Shown: positions 47,232 to 58,328 of the stretch, one piece after another
How positions within the stretch are numbered: the stretch's first letter is position 1
Layout: every line of letters starts with the position of its first letter
DNA from: Cyanophora paradoxa CCMP329
Taxonomy: Eukaryota > Plantae > Glaucophyta
Direction: 5' to 3'
Length of the DNA stretch: 64,000 nt
NCBI GenBank assembly: GCA_004431415.1
Contig: QPMI01000564.1
Coordinates: 1-64,000, forward strand
Notes under the pieces: model-generated
Told to the model about the DNA's origin: nothing
What the model saw: the letters and a program-made list of their open reading frames with translations, nothing else
The model's database searches: none
Made by a program: the position numbers and the translations under genes

Positions 47232-48140
47232 ATAGGGTGGGGCGGGTGGGGTGAGGTGGGGCATTTTTTTGAATTCCCTAAAATGTTTCACTCCCAAAAA
47301 TTCTTGGTCAAAAAAGACCCCACCCAACCCCACTTACCCCACCCTGTATTATTCTCTTTATCTATGATTGATTTCAATGTAATTTAAATATAAATATGTA
47401 TGATTGAGTATGTTAAATTAATACTGGGTGGGGTGTGAGGGTGGGGTGTGAGTGGTATCGGTATGGTAGTCCAATCTAAGATGGCACACATAAAATCATG
47501 ATGTGTTATTTTTACTTCCGGTTTGATACTTATCGGACTTCGATAACTTCGATAGGGTGGGGCGGGTGGGGTGAGGTGGGGCATTTTTTTGAATTCCCTA
47601 AAATAATTCCCCCTCAAAAATTCTTGGTCAAAAAAGACCCCACCCAACCCCACTTACCCCACCCTGTATCTTTTATTATATTTATGATTGATTTCAATGT
47701 AATTAATGTATAAAGTATAGAGATTATGTATGTTAAATTAATACCGGGTGGGGTGTGAGGGTGGGGTGTGAAAGTGGTATCAGCCAACCATTTAATAATT
47801 ACGATATTGAACCGACGTGATACCGACGAGATATGATATATTCAGATCGTATTAGAACGGCGCGATCACTAAGAAAAACAAGTATCATGTGCTGTATATT
47901 TCGCGATCCCTGAATCGCGAATCGATAGGGTGGGGTGAGAAAGTGGGGCACCACCCTCACTGTATACACTGTGATATGATCGCAATCCCGATGTAGCCTA
48001 CTATGATATCGTGCGGACTTCGATAGGGTGGGGTAAGTGGGGTGAGGTGGGGCATTTTTTTGAATCCCTTAAATTTTTGGGGGGTCAAATATTTTTGGGC
48101 AAAAAAGACCCCACCCAACCCCACCCTCCCCACCCTGTAT
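47232..48140. promoter_or_regulatory. Three origin-like cassettes with inverted GTGGGG/CCCCAC iterons (47232-47349, 47552-47669, 48023-48140)
   Basis: GGGTGGGG...GTGGGG...GTGGGG, ~55-60 bp, then CCCCAC...CCCCAC...CCCCACCC. Copies 1-2 lie in a 320-bp tandem duplication. Function is inferred. Confidence 0.55.
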
Positions 48141-48578
48141 TACTTATCGATACACCTCACTTATTTCAATGTATAAACTCTATTAAATTAGATAGTAAAT
48201 ATGTATAGAAATAACGAGATTGTAGTATAGGGTGGGGTGTAGGGTGGGGGCAAAATGCAAACTGAATCAGTGCGATATAATTTAGTGAACACAAAGTGGA
48301 TATGAAGTGGATACGAAGTGGATACGAAGGGGATAAGTGCGCCCCGCCCACTATGCAAGATACATGCCTTTCTTATGCATGATCTATGAAAAATAACAAT
48401 AAACCCAGTCGTCAGACAAGCTGCCTCGGCTGCGCCTCTCTCATTCTTCGAATTCTTCACATAGAAGCACTCACAGGAATTTCGCTTGCCTTTCGAACAG
48501 TCCCCCTTGCAAACGCTTGCTCCACAATCGCTTCCTTTGTGAGTGGAATCGGAATTCCAGCTTCAAAAGCGCGCTCTC

Positions 48579-49637
48579 TTAAAGGGGAGCTTTGAGATCA
48601 ACTTGCGTTTTTAATTCTTTTATGGCTTCAACCAGCAACCCAACAATGCTTGAATACTCAACTCCATAATAGCCATTGATATCCTGATTTACAACCTCAG
48701 GAAGAATTGGTAAAACATCCTGAGCAACTAATCCTATTTTATTTGTATTGTTTGGATCATCATTCCATTTGTATGTAACACCTGTTAGGTTGATTACTTT
48801 GTTAAGAGCATTTTCGATAGGAGCAATGTCATGCTTCCATCTTCGATCACTTGCGTTTGTGTATAGACCACCAGTCACAGGGGCATATCCAGCACCATAA
48901 TTATTTCGGAAATACACGTTTTGATTTGCCTTGTATAAATCAAAGTATACACTCCCCCCTGTGAAGCAAACAACGGACAAACCATTGTTCAAACCTGCAT
49001 TTGTAAAAGCTACTGCATTAGTGACAGATGATTCGGGCATCATTAATGCAGGTGTGTATGCGTGTGTCGATGTTGCAATTCTTTGCGAAAATGTCCCAGT
49101 GGTTCCACTTATTCCTCCATTTGCTGTAAGAAGCCCTGAAAAAGTTCCAGTGGTTCCAGTAACTCCTCCATTCGCTGAAAGTAGCCCTGAGAAAGTCCCA
49201 GTGGTTCCACTAACACCACCATTTGCTGTAAGAAGCCCAGTAAATCCACTCGTCCCACTTACTGTCATTGTCCCATTCACAGCCAGTGCAGTCCCAATCC
49301 ATGCCCCGCCACTGTAAACTTGAAAAGCCGCCGAATTCCTATCAGCCGGATTAAAAGCCGTTTTGGAATCCTGTTGACCTTCATATAGATTTTCTTTGGT
49401 GACCAGCCCCGAAGAGATTGCGGGTCGATTAGATACGATCATTTGAGTAGCTTTAACGAGTCCATCAATCTTGTCAGCTCTGAGTTCTTTGACTCTGAGT
49501 ATGCTTTGGTCATTAAAAGAATCGGTTTTCGCTGTCTCAGTCGAAGGGTGGCTCGGAGATAAATCATAGACTGTGTGTTGAACATTATGGACAGCACTGG
49601 CTGATAAGGAAAACACAGGTGTGAATACAGTCGACAT
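48579..49637 (-). CDS. Fibre protein with C-terminal peptidase S74 (intramolecular chaperone) domain
   Basis: SDRRWKHDI...LTGVTYKW...IGLVAQDV...PEVV...GVEYSSIVGLLVEAIKEL; GTTGTFSGLL.ANGG shaft repeats. Confidence 0.88.
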   Translation of the reverse strand: MSTVFTPVFSLSASAVHNVQHTVYDLSPSHPSTETAKTDSFNDQSILRVKELRADKIDGLVKATQMIVSNRPAISSGLVTKENLYEGQQDSKTAFNPADRNSAAFQVYSGGAWIGTALAVNGTMTVSGTSGFTGLLTANGGVSGTTGTFSGLLSANGGVTGTTGTFSGLLTANGGISGTTGTFSQRIATSTHAYTPALMMPESSVTNAVAFTNAGLNNGLSVVCFTGGSVYFDLYKANQNVYFRNNYGAGYAPVTGGLYTNASDRRWKHDIAPIENALNKVINLTGVTYKWNDDPNNTNKIGLVAQDVLPILPEVVNQDINGYYGVEYSSIVGLLVEAIKELKTQVDLKAPL

Positions 49638-49658
49638 CTTTTGATTGTTCTTTACTTA

Positions 49659-51113
49659 TTAAGCGAGAATATTATTGTTTTGGAGAGGTCCGACAGCAAT
49701 CCAATGGAGTTTAAGGGTTCTTTCGTTTTGAGGCACATTCGTATAATTGATCGCCGAATAACAAGTAAATATAGCAATCCAAGTGAATTTATTTTTGAAC
49801 CCAATGCGATTCCCGAACTGATATTCAGAAGAGAGATATATGCTATTGGTGAAATCGACACTCGTTAAAATAATACTGTTTTCGAGAGTAGCATTAACTA
49901 TTGGATCACTATAATATGGGGTAGAAAACGTAACGGTTCCTGATGCTGTAAACACTTGCCCTACTGTATAAACTTGATTAGGTATAACTACATCCGCTGT
50001 CCCCTGTTGCACATATGCATTTGGATTTACATAGCTACCGAAATTCGTGAGCAACTCGATGCTGTGATTGTGAGTAGGTGGCGAAGTAGGTGTGTTAATC
50101 AGGTCATCATAATTTCCACTTGTAGCCACAGCATGTAGGTTTGGTGTGTTTATCAGATCATCATAATTTCCACTTGTAGCCACAGCATGTAGGTTTGGTG
50201 TGTTTATCAGATCATCATAATTTCCACTTGTGGCAACAGCATGTAAATTCGGTTTAGTAAATAATCTATCCCATGTCCCATTGAAAGGTAGTGTAGATTC
50301 TGATATAATTACACCTTGATCGATCCAACGAGGTATATAGCTTGTGAAATCGGGAGGATTTACAAGATCATAGTAATTTCCTGTGTATGCTACACTACTC
50401 CAAGTCGGCTTCTGAATGATATCACTCCACTTCCCACTGAATCCCGCCGGCACATCTGTAAGCTCCTTATAGCTCACCTTTTGCTTTGGTATAGACAGCT
50501 CAATTGGTGAGAATGCACCCGAAAGGCGATTTTCAGAGGTGAAATACATGAGACTTTGACTGTTAGGGAACTCATCCACGAGATTAAATGTGAAATTCGT
50601 GGGTAATTCGAGGCGGCTGATTGGGGTGTTGTCGCCCAATATAAATTCGGCACCTGTATGGACGACCGGATTTCTTTGGATATACATATTGGATGCACCT
50701 ATTACAGGTGCTACAATGGGCACATCTGAACATACAAGGTTGCAAGTGATGGAGAAAATGGTTTTAGGGGCGAATAGATTGCAATCAAAGGTCACAGTAG
50801 CTGGATCAATAGTAGGATCGACATTTGAACAGATCTGAAACATCCACCCTCCCACACAGTTGCAATTTAGATTTCGAAAGGCTGTTCCTGCCATTGCATC
50901 CACATAGCCAATCCCATTTGCTATGTCATATATGTGACCAAACTCGTAACCAAAAATGTCATTCCACAGATTGGAAGCCATAGCTCCCATCACATACCCT
51001 TTTAGATCTACTATCAGGTCATTGGATTCACTGGGTATATTGGCATGGGTTATATAAAATTGATTATCCAAGACAGCATTCTTTATTGTCGTTTCTACTA
51101 TGGGTTCAGTCAT
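49659..51113 (-). CDS. Fibre-like structural protein with three LHAVATSGNYDDLINTP repeats and an H-type lectin-like C-terminus
   Basis: 51-bp tandem repeats at ~50090-50250 resembling phage tail repeats; GTVTFSTPY..DPIV motif. Confidence 0.7.
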   Translation of the reverse strand: MTEPIVETTIKNAVLDNQFYITHANIPSESNDLIVDLKGYVMGAMASNLWNDIFGYEFGHIYDIANGIGYVDAMAGTAFRNLNCNCVGGWMFQICSNVDPTIDPATVTFDCNLFAPKTIFSITCNLVCSDVPIVAPVIGASNMYIQRNPVVHTGAEFILGDNTPISRLELPTNFTFNLVDEFPNSQSLMYFTSENRLSGAFSPIELSIPKQKVSYKELTDVPAGFSGKWSDIIQKPTWSSVAYTGNYYDLVNPPDFTSYIPRWIDQGVIISESTLPFNGTWDRLFTKPNLHAVATSGNYDDLINTPNLHAVATSGNYDDLINTPNLHAVATSGNYDDLINTPTSPPTHNHSIELLTNFGSYVNPNAYVQQGTADVVIPNQVYTVGQVFTASGTVTFSTPYYSDPIVNATLENSIILTSVDFTNSIYLSSEYQFGNRIGFKNKFTWIAIFTCYSAINYTNVPQNERTLKLHWIAVGPLQNNNILA

Positions 51114-51150
51114 TATACTCTATTATGGAATACTACAAAAATTAAGGTTG

Positions 51151-54100
51151 TTACATAACATTTGGAACATGTTCATATATTCTCCCTTCTCGCTGTGCCA
51201 TTTCCGCCATAAAGTCTCTATCATTGTTCATCGTTTGCTCTGCCAATTCTTGTGCTCGTGATTTTTTGGGTGCTGCCCTACTTGCTGGTGGTTGATCAGT
51301 TCTCACAACACTTAGACCATGCCCCTCGGCTGACCTCACCTCTAACCCCACATCTCCTTCGGCTGTTTGGGTCACATTCAGCTCAGGTGTGGAGTATTTA
51401 TTACCTGCTCCTGCAATGGTTCTGTCTATGCAAGCACAACATAAAGCTCGGAATTTGTATGCAAGCACAAGCCCAAGAGCACCGAGAATCGGTAAGAGAA
51501 TCATAAGCACTAACGTTCCTGGATCAGTTCCCGGTGCTCCGACTGGATTAGTAGGATTTGTGGGATTATTAGGTGTTGTAGGATCAGTGGTAGGTGGGGT
51601 CTGTGGGTCTGACTCATCAGGAGGCAAGTTAGGATCTGAATCTGGGGGCGGTTCCGTCGACCCTGCTAATGAGGTCGGCGCTGTGTATGCATTTGCAAAC
51701 ACGATGGGAGCCGTCGCTGGATTTCCTGTGGAGGATCCTGAGATTGCACCATAGGTATCTGACAGATATTTATACAATTCCTGTGTCACAGGCGGATTAC
51801 TCACAGATCGACACACCCAAATATTGCATGTGGTATCATAGACTGTGTCCCTGATAAAGGGCGGTAGAGCCGTCCCACTGAATGACTCAAAGAGTCCATT
51901 TCGCGATAGCAACCTATGTCCTGTATCACAATTTCCACCCTCAAAATATTTGGTAGCCGAAATCGCACCTTGCACATAAATATTGCATGTCGAGTGCAAT
52001 CCAATGTTATTTAGGTTAGGAGTGTATCTGTCATCAAGCCGGACAGTGCACACCCATGGGGAAGCGGTTTTTATATATTTCTTATCGCCTGCTGTGATCA
52101 CATCAGTGTTTGGGTGGCTTTCGATTTGGGTAGCAATTGACTCATATTTGTAAGAGTAATAAACTAAGAGACCATCTGTGGAGGATGTAAAATAAAAGAA
52201 GTCTCTCATGAAGTCTGTGGATCCAAAGAAGTCAGCATTGGTCGATGTTAGGGTGACTCTGGGATAGCTCATGTTGACAGTCTCAGAAGGATATGGAATA
52301 TAAGAGGTGTAATAGCGATTTAACAGATAATAGTAAAATCCATCTGAGACATTCGAGTGAGTGGGCAAGGTCACTGTTAAGGTCTTACTGCGATCCTCAA
52401 ACGTTTTCTGTATGACAATGTTGCAAGTATTAATATATCGAGAATCGAAAAAGTAATTATTTGTGACTCTATTATCGATCAAAGTCGCATTGGTTCCATT
52501 AAACACGAAATTCTGCCCATTGATCCTCGTAGTATGGAGGTCGGTCACATCGAGAGGATACCTTATTTTTAATCGATCTTCGGGGTCAAATCGCGGAATA
52601 GTTCCTGTTGCCTTCCAACTGATAGTAAAGGGAGGAGCAAGGGACACTGCTGGGATAACAGAGAGATTAAATTTCGAAAAATACAACCCAACAGGATACC
52701 CTGACAGAGCATATGTCACTGTTGCATTTCCGACAAGTGTGAAGCCGGTGGTTGTTATGTTAGTTGCAACAAATGGGGAGTAGCCGGCTGGTGCATTTTG
52801 AAGTGATGTAGCTGACCCATCATTGACCACATACAAATTCGTGTCTGTTATTTCAATAGTAGGAGGGGAAACAAATGGTGTCTCAAATGTGAAATTAAAA
52901 TTCGCTGGAACCCCTGCAAGATATCTATATGTTGTTGCTGATATCTCGGATGCCTGGAATACTTTGCTTCCACTCCGCACTACATTACTTGTGTCTTTCA
53001 CATTGTGGTATGAGATGCTGGGAGTCGGGGAGAGCACCAACGAAATAGCATCTGGTAAATCAGACTTTGTAATATACAGTTCTTTAAGATACTCCTTTTT
53101 AAAAGGGGCGGTCAGATCTCCAATAGTAGCCGATGAACCTGCGACTACAATATTACAGGTGTTTGCACTCAAAGAATAAACTGTGTTCCACCTTAAAGAG
53201 TTCGCGCCAAGATCGAAACTCTGTGAGAAGGGCACGATATTGCTACCTTGTAAATCTCGGTAAACCTTTACTCTGGGTTTGCTATCGAATTCAGGGGTGA
53301 TATAATTGATGTTAAGAGTGAAACTAATAGTAGCTTCGGAAGTCAATAAGTTGTTTCGGATGATAAGTAAATTGTATGTCTCGTTAATGACAAACGAAAC
53401 CTGAAACCCTGTGGAGCTGACATTTTGAATAAATGCTTTATTCGATTCATTATTGTTAGTGATAGGATTATAATAAGTAGTGTGATCCACCAATGAAACA
53501 GTGGGTATAGTCGTCTCAAAACCTGTGACACCCAACTGATCCCAAGTGAATGTATATGTAGGTTTGCCTACATAAGCGACATAGACCCCATTTGCGAGCT
53601 GCTGAGGGTATCCCTCGACAGTGTAGGTCTCAGTTCGCGAAACTGAGCGGGAAAGATTGCTGTTAAAGTCGTTATAGCTGATCAGAGCTCTCTCATCAGT
53701 GGGTAAATCACTGGGTCGGACTGAGTGATTGAAAGGCAAGATTATGTTACTTGTTTTTGAGGTCGTGCTATAAAGGTTAGTCGTGTGCAAGTCATCAAAC
53801 CACCCATCATAGGCATACACATTGAGCCATTTCTTAACAGCATCAGTGTTAGATTGCCCGAGATTAAACTGATGATCGAGCAAAGGCACCAAATCGCGGG
53901 ATAAATACATGATCGCATCAGTGATGGTGATAGCCCCTGTTAAAACAGCGAGCCCTGCCGTGTTTGCTGCGGTAGCAATTGATAAACCCGAGATTTCGAG
54001 ATCCTGGGCTGCATCTCGCTCATTTCTGGTGAATCGCTCACTATAAAACTCCTTTACAAGGTCGACCCCCATGACATCAATTAAATGCGGTCGAGTGAGG

Positions 54101-54468
54101 GTGATATTGCTTGTGATGCTCTGCGAATATTCAACAGGATCCCATTCGACGACAGCTGTCAGTGGGATGGGGCGGGCTTTATTGATTTCGTGCTGGAAGG
54201 TTCGCACAGTGGGGAAATTGCTGCCAAAGAATGCAACAGGTGAGCCCCCATGATAGATAACGAGGGCTGAGTTATCAGTGCCATAGGTAAAAGGGAGATT
54301 GCTGGTGATATCAATATATTCAAGGTTGCTCTGATTTAATAGAAAGTCTTTTACCACAAGGTTCGAAGATATGGTCACATTGGAAGCGGTAATGTTACTG
54401 CTGAGCTCGAAACCGTCATCCAAATACAAGGTTTCCCGAGTGATAAAGGGGAGATTCGTGATACTCAT
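51151..54468 (-). CDS. Large fibre-like protein (1105 aa) with Pro/Thr stalk and a transmembrane helix near the C-terminus
   Basis: DLGANSLRWNTVY-type tail repeats, FETPFVSPPTI lectin-like motif, and TLVLMILLPILGALGLVLAY followed by ALCCAC. Confidence 0.75.
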   Translation of the reverse strand: MSITNLPFITRETLYLDDGFELSSNITASNVTISSNLVVKDFLLNQSNLEYIDITSNLPFTYGTDNSALVIYHGGSPVAFFGSNFPTVRTFQHEINKARPIPLTAVVEWDPVEYSQSITSNITLTRPHLIDVMGVDLVKEFYSERFTRNERDAAQDLEISGLSIATAANTAGLAVLTGAITITDAIMYLSRDLVPLLDHQFNLGQSNTDAVKKWLNVYAYDGWFDDLHTTNLYSTTSKTSNIILPFNHSVRPSDLPTDERALISYNDFNSNLSRSVSRTETYTVEGYPQQLANGVYVAYVGKPTYTFTWDQLGVTGFETTIPTVSLVDHTTYYNPITNNNESNKAFIQNVSSTGFQVSFVINETYNLLIIRNNLLTSEATISFTLNINYITPEFDSKPRVKVYRDLQGSNIVPFSQSFDLGANSLRWNTVYSLSANTCNIVVAGSSATIGDLTAPFKKEYLKELYITKSDLPDAISLVLSPTPSISYHNVKDTSNVVRSGSKVFQASEISATTYRYLAGVPANFNFTFETPFVSPPTIEITDTNLYVVNDGSATSLQNAPAGYSPFVATNITTTGFTLVGNATVTYALSGYPVGLYFSKFNLSVIPAVSLAPPFTISWKATGTIPRFDPEDRLKIRYPLDVTDLHTTRINGQNFVFNGTNATLIDNRVTNNYFFDSRYINTCNIVIQKTFEDRSKTLTVTLPTHSNVSDGFYYYLLNRYYTSYIPYPSETVNMSYPRVTLTSTNADFFGSTDFMRDFFYFTSSTDGLLVYYSYKYESIATQIESHPNTDVITAGDKKYIKTASPWVCTVRLDDRYTPNLNNIGLHSTCNIYVQGAISATKYFEGGNCDTGHRLLSRNGLFESFSGTALPPFIRDTVYDTTCNIWVCRSVSNPPVTQELYKYLSDTYGAISGSSTGNPATAPIVFANAYTAPTSLAGSTEPPPDSDPNLPPDESDPQTPPTTDPTTPNNPTNPTNPVGAPGTDPGTLVLMILLPILGALGLVLAYKFRALCCACIDRTIAGAGNKYSTPELNVTQTAEGDVGLEVRSAEGHGLSVVRTDQPPASRAAPKKSRAQELAEQTMNNDRDFMAEMAQREGRIYEHVPNVM

Positions 54469-54486
54469 TTGTAATATAAGATTATT

Positions 54487-55459
54487 TTAACCCGATAGCA
54501 CCTCTAATATAAAGCTGTGATTAACGCCATTAAAGTCGACTACATTATTGTAGGCATCGAGCCATTTAATTGTGAGGGTGTCTATATCATAAGCCTGATC
54601 GTGGGAATTAAAGAACTCCACAGTATCGATTCTGCGGAATGTCAGGTAGTAAACAAACGATCCCAAGGGGCTGGTTAGTGGGATCTTAGCGAGGTTTGCA
54701 TTTCCGCCCTCATCTGTCTTTGCTGCTACCATATACCTGTCGTAAAAGGGAGTAAACTCTTTAATTTGTAGGTAAACATAGGGGTCGGATTTAGATTAAT
54801 CGCATTTGGGAAGGTCACTGCATGTTCGAGAGGGAATGGAAGCACAGATATTCCGGCGGGGTATTTTGTTTTGCCCTCATAGGCTTGTAGAAATGAGTAT
54901 TTTGGATTGCTGGGTGTGAGGGGTAAATAGTCTACCGTGAGATGCTCTGAACCCTCACCAACTGGAATTGTTTGATAAATATCCCCTTTGATCATTCCAT
55001 GGAACCTTGCGAAGTCGTCATGTGCACAGCTCAGTGTGAGGGGAATGCTCGAATAAAACGTAATTTTCATAGTCGCTGGATTATAGAGCCACTTGTAGTA
55101 GACTGTGACGCTTTCGCTTGTGAGAGGGTTTACATCGACAAAACCGCCCGAATAGCCTAAGTTCTTATTACCATATCCCCAAATCGCTGGGGTGTAGTTT
55201 CCTATGTCAGGGAAAGGGGAAAAGGTGATGCTGTTAGTCATTCCCTGTATGGTCACGCCTCTGGAATTATCGGTGACAGCATAAATCGTGTTTGGGAGCT
55301 CGGCGCTCGCAATGCGCACCCTTTTACGTTCAGAAGTCGCTGAGAAAGCTTTACTGTATATTCTCCCGGGTGCCCTGCACTGCGCTCAATAGAATCGATA
55401 TTAACATTGACCCTCGTAAACTTGCCATTATAGAAATCGTTAACTGGCTTCCGAATCAT
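54487..55459 (-). pseudogene. Penton-like protein A homologue split by two frameshifts (~55320 and ~54780)
   Basis: NIDSIER, RIASAELPNTIY and DAYNNVVDFNGVNHSFILEV lie in three successive ORFs. Confidence 0.8.
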
Positions 55460-55486
55460 TTTTATTTCCTATTAATAAAGAATAAA

Positions 55487-56905
55487 ATGCGCGAGTATCT
55501 CAGCATCAGTAGCCGTGATCGATCAGAGGGCTCGGCTCATTCCTATAAGGTGACCCTTCCAAAGCAATACCACAATGTGAAGAGCATCGCTGTGCGACAG
55601 ATCGAATTTTCCAACACGATTCCGACGGTTCCAAGCCCTCAATTCTATACTGAAATCGGGGAGACGAAAGCCGATGATGCTAATACGATTTTCATATCAT
55701 TTCCTTACCGATTTTCGAGTGGACAGCTCAATGGTGCCACTGAGCAAATAAGAGAAACACAAGCGACTGCAATATATGACGCTTACAAAGCCATAGATGC
55801 TGGCGACCAAGGCAACTATATACCGCCTGATTACCTAAACACTTTCAGAAGATATACCCGATACAGAGACGTAGCAATTACGATCCCTCCGGGCACATAC
55901 TCGACTGGAACCGACCTTGCCACTGCAATCGATAACATCTTAACGAAAAATGGAACTGGCAACTACATCAAGGATATGATCGACACAAAAATTAATCCAA
56001 GCTACGCATCGACAGGAGGAACCTTTTACCCGGTGGTGAGATGTCGTTTTGAGAGCACATTAAATGCTATATGCTTTTATTCGAGTGATTATGTCTACAT
56101 AGCTTTCACGAAATATGGACCGAGTAATGCCACTGCGTCTACTGCGAATGAAAGAAAGGTGCTCGCCTATCGCACGATGACTCTTCTCGGGTTTACATCG
56201 ATCAGAGAGAATATAATGATAGATCAATACAACGGATCGGGCTACACAGCCTTCGCTGGGAGCGGTGTCGTTTACTCAGCTGGTGATGCATTCCGCAATT
56301 ATAATTCGACGGCTCTGGTCTTAGGCATAGCCGGAGGCACTGCCCCTGATTATACACCGGATAATGCAATAGTTTTAAAGATCACAGAGCCGGACTGCTC
56401 GCTTTTTACGACATGCACCGAGGCTACTAATGGATTCCTCGCTAAGATCCCGATTTCGAAAGGCACAGCCTATGCGGATGCTGAGCTAATTAATTATGGG
56501 GCGGATGCTTTCACGAAATACTTTAACACCCGCCTCTCCTTTGATAGTTTAACCGTTCAAATTCTCACGGAGAGCGGTTATAGGTATTTCCTCGGAAGCT
56601 GTGAGCACACATTCATTTTGGAAATTACTATGGGAGTGGATGAGCCCGACGACGATTTACAGCGCATTGTTAATAAGGGATTCGCGAAAATGCTATATGA
56701 GGACTACCCGCATTGCGGCAATTTAACGAATGCGTTGAGCGGGGTGGCTGTAAAAATAATCCGTTCTTCTAAAATAAATTTCTCAGCGGAAGATAAAAAC
56801 GAAATATGGATCCCACGACCTCGCTTAGCCGCCTCACGCTCAAATCCGTCCTGGAAACCCCGGAGGACTACAAGAGCATGCTTTTGGATCGCGGATTTAT
56901 CGTAG
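55487..56905 (+). CDS. Penton-like protein B homologue (true stop probably near 56730)
   Basis: ISSRDR...LPKQYHNVKSI...IEFSNTIP and HTFILEI. The read-through overlaps the MCP gene, suggesting an indel. Confidence 0.72.
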   Translation: MREYLSISSRDRSEGSAHSYKVTLPKQYHNVKSIAVRQIEFSNTIPTVPSPQFYTEIGETKADDANTIFISFPYRFSSGQLNGATEQIRETQATAIYDAYKAIDAGDQGNYIPPDYLNTFRRYTRYRDVAITIPPGTYSTGTDLATAIDNILTKNGTGNYIKDMIDTKINPSYASTGGTFYPVVRCRFESTLNAICFYSSDYVYIAFTKYGPSNATASTANERKVLAYRTMTLLGFTSIRENIMIDQYNGSGYTAFAGSGVVYSAGDAFRNYNSTALVLGIAGGTAPDYTPDNAIVLKITEPDCSLFTTCTEATNGFLAKIPISKGTAYADAELINYGADAFTKYFNTRLSFDSLTVQILTESGYRYFLGSCEHTFILEITMGVDEPDDDLQRIVNKGFAKMLYEDYPHCGNLTNALSGVAVKIIRSSKINFSAEDKNEIWIPRPRLAASRSNPSWKPRRTTRACFWIADLS

Positions 56906-58254
56906 GTGTGGACAAACAATTCAAGCCTTCTCGTGTGGAGGTGCTTCCAATTGCGGATCCCGGCAATCTGTTCTCCTCTACTGGTGCTACCACTCGTGTG
57001 GTCTTCTATCTCCCTCGCTACAATTGGTGCAATGGTATTAGCCTCCAAGTTACCATTCCGTCGGCGAAGGCGCTGACTGCCATCGCCAAGACCTCGGCTG
57101 ACTGCTCGGCTGATCTATTCAATACTGGATTCGTCCGCGGGCTTCCTGGCTCGTTTGTTCAGCGAGTCAGCATTAAATACGGGTCGTATGAGCAAATTAT
57201 TCCGGCTGAGCGACTGGTAGATTACGCTTTCCTGGCTAACACTCCGGCTGAATTCGACCAAAAGAAGCGCAAGCATGGGCTGCATCTCGGACCGAAGGTA
57301 GAGGGCGGCAACCAAGCTGGCGGCATTTTTACCATGCGAATTCCGAGTTTCCTCGATGCTGGCGTGCCCATCGGTGCGCTCCCATCCGAAATCGCGGTCG
57401 AAGTATATTTCCAAACCCCTGCGCTTCTCGAAACTGCGGCGGTTCCTGGCGTTTACGCTCAGAATAACACGACTGCAATTACTGCTGCCAATTCGACTGA
57501 TGGCGAGACGACGCTTGCTGTTGCGGCTGCTTTCGGAAATATTAAGACCTTAGCCCACCCTAATGCCACTGCGATTTTCGATAGTGCGGCTCTCACACCT
57601 ACACCTGCTCTTGCGAATCTGGAAATGACGACCCCTCGTCTTATTATGGATGCTGTTAACATCGATGAGGAAACGATGGGCGAAATCATTACTCGTGTTA
57701 AGACCTCTGGCATCGCCATCCCATACACTGATATTCAGTTTGCGGATTATACCGGTCAAGCTCTCGGCTCCGGTCTCCGCCTGTCACTATCTCAAATTTC
57801 TGGACTTGTTTACGCACTTGTTGTCAAGATTCGCGACGAAAACACACTCGGCGATAATAAAGGAGGGCACTCTACTGTTCGCACCCTTGCTTTCGATGAT
57901 AATGTCGTGATGCAAGTCCTAAACAACAACAATTACCTATATTCTAACACTGGTGTCCCGCTGCAATCCGCGGCTATGGAGCTCGCCGATAAATTCAAGA
58001 TGACTAACTGGATCGATAGCAACAAGCGCCCCATTTACACTGGCTTCTGCTTTGCTCTCGATGGTAAAGCGGCGCTCAAAGGTGAGAAGGCGACTGGCTA
58101 CGTCGATCTAACACAATCAGCTTCAAGTTTCCTGCTGCTCACACCAAATGGCACGCCCCTCGCCACCTGGACAAAGGTCGGTGTTCAGATTTCGGCTTAC
58201 TGCCACAACATTCTTGTAATGAATGCCAATGGATTGTCTAGAGTGACGGCATGA
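56806..58254 (+). CDS. Major capsid protein (probable double jelly-roll)
   Basis: Similar to 21967 over its full length (LPRYN, KTSGIAIP, GYVDLT.S.SSFL). Confidence 0.75.
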   Translation: MDPTTSLSRLTLKSVLETPEDYKSMLLDRGFIVGVDKQFKPSRVEVLPIADPGNLFSSTGATTRVVFYLPRYNWCNGISLQVTIPSAKALTAIAKTSADCSADLFNTGFVRGLPGSFVQRVSIKYGSYEQIIPAERLVDYAFLANTPAEFDQKKRKHGLHLGPKVEGGNQAGGIFTMRIPSFLDAGVPIGALPSEIAVEVYFQTPALLETAAVPGVYAQNNTTAITAANSTDGETTLAVAAAFGNIKTLAHPNATAIFDSAALTPTPALANLEMTTPRLIMDAVNIDEETMGEIITRVKTSGIAIPYTDIQFADYTGQALGSGLRLSLSQISGLVYALVVKIRDENTLGDNKGGHSTVRTLAFDDNVVMQVLNNNNYLYSNTGVPLQSAAMELADKFKMTNWIDSNKRPIYTGFCFALDGKAALKGEKATGYVDLTQSASSFLLLTPNGTPLATWTKVGVQISAYCHNILVMNANGLSRVTA

Positions 58255-58328
58255 GGACTGTCGCGGGCAAAATTTGATGTCATTTTTAATCCTTTGTCTA
58301 TTTAAGGACAAGACGATTATAAGATTTA

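Noticed and set aside
48456-48590. Possible -1 frameshift extension of the S74 fibre (RERAFEAGIPIP...)
   Set aside because: No canonical slippery heptamer in frame; it could be chance or an assembly indel.
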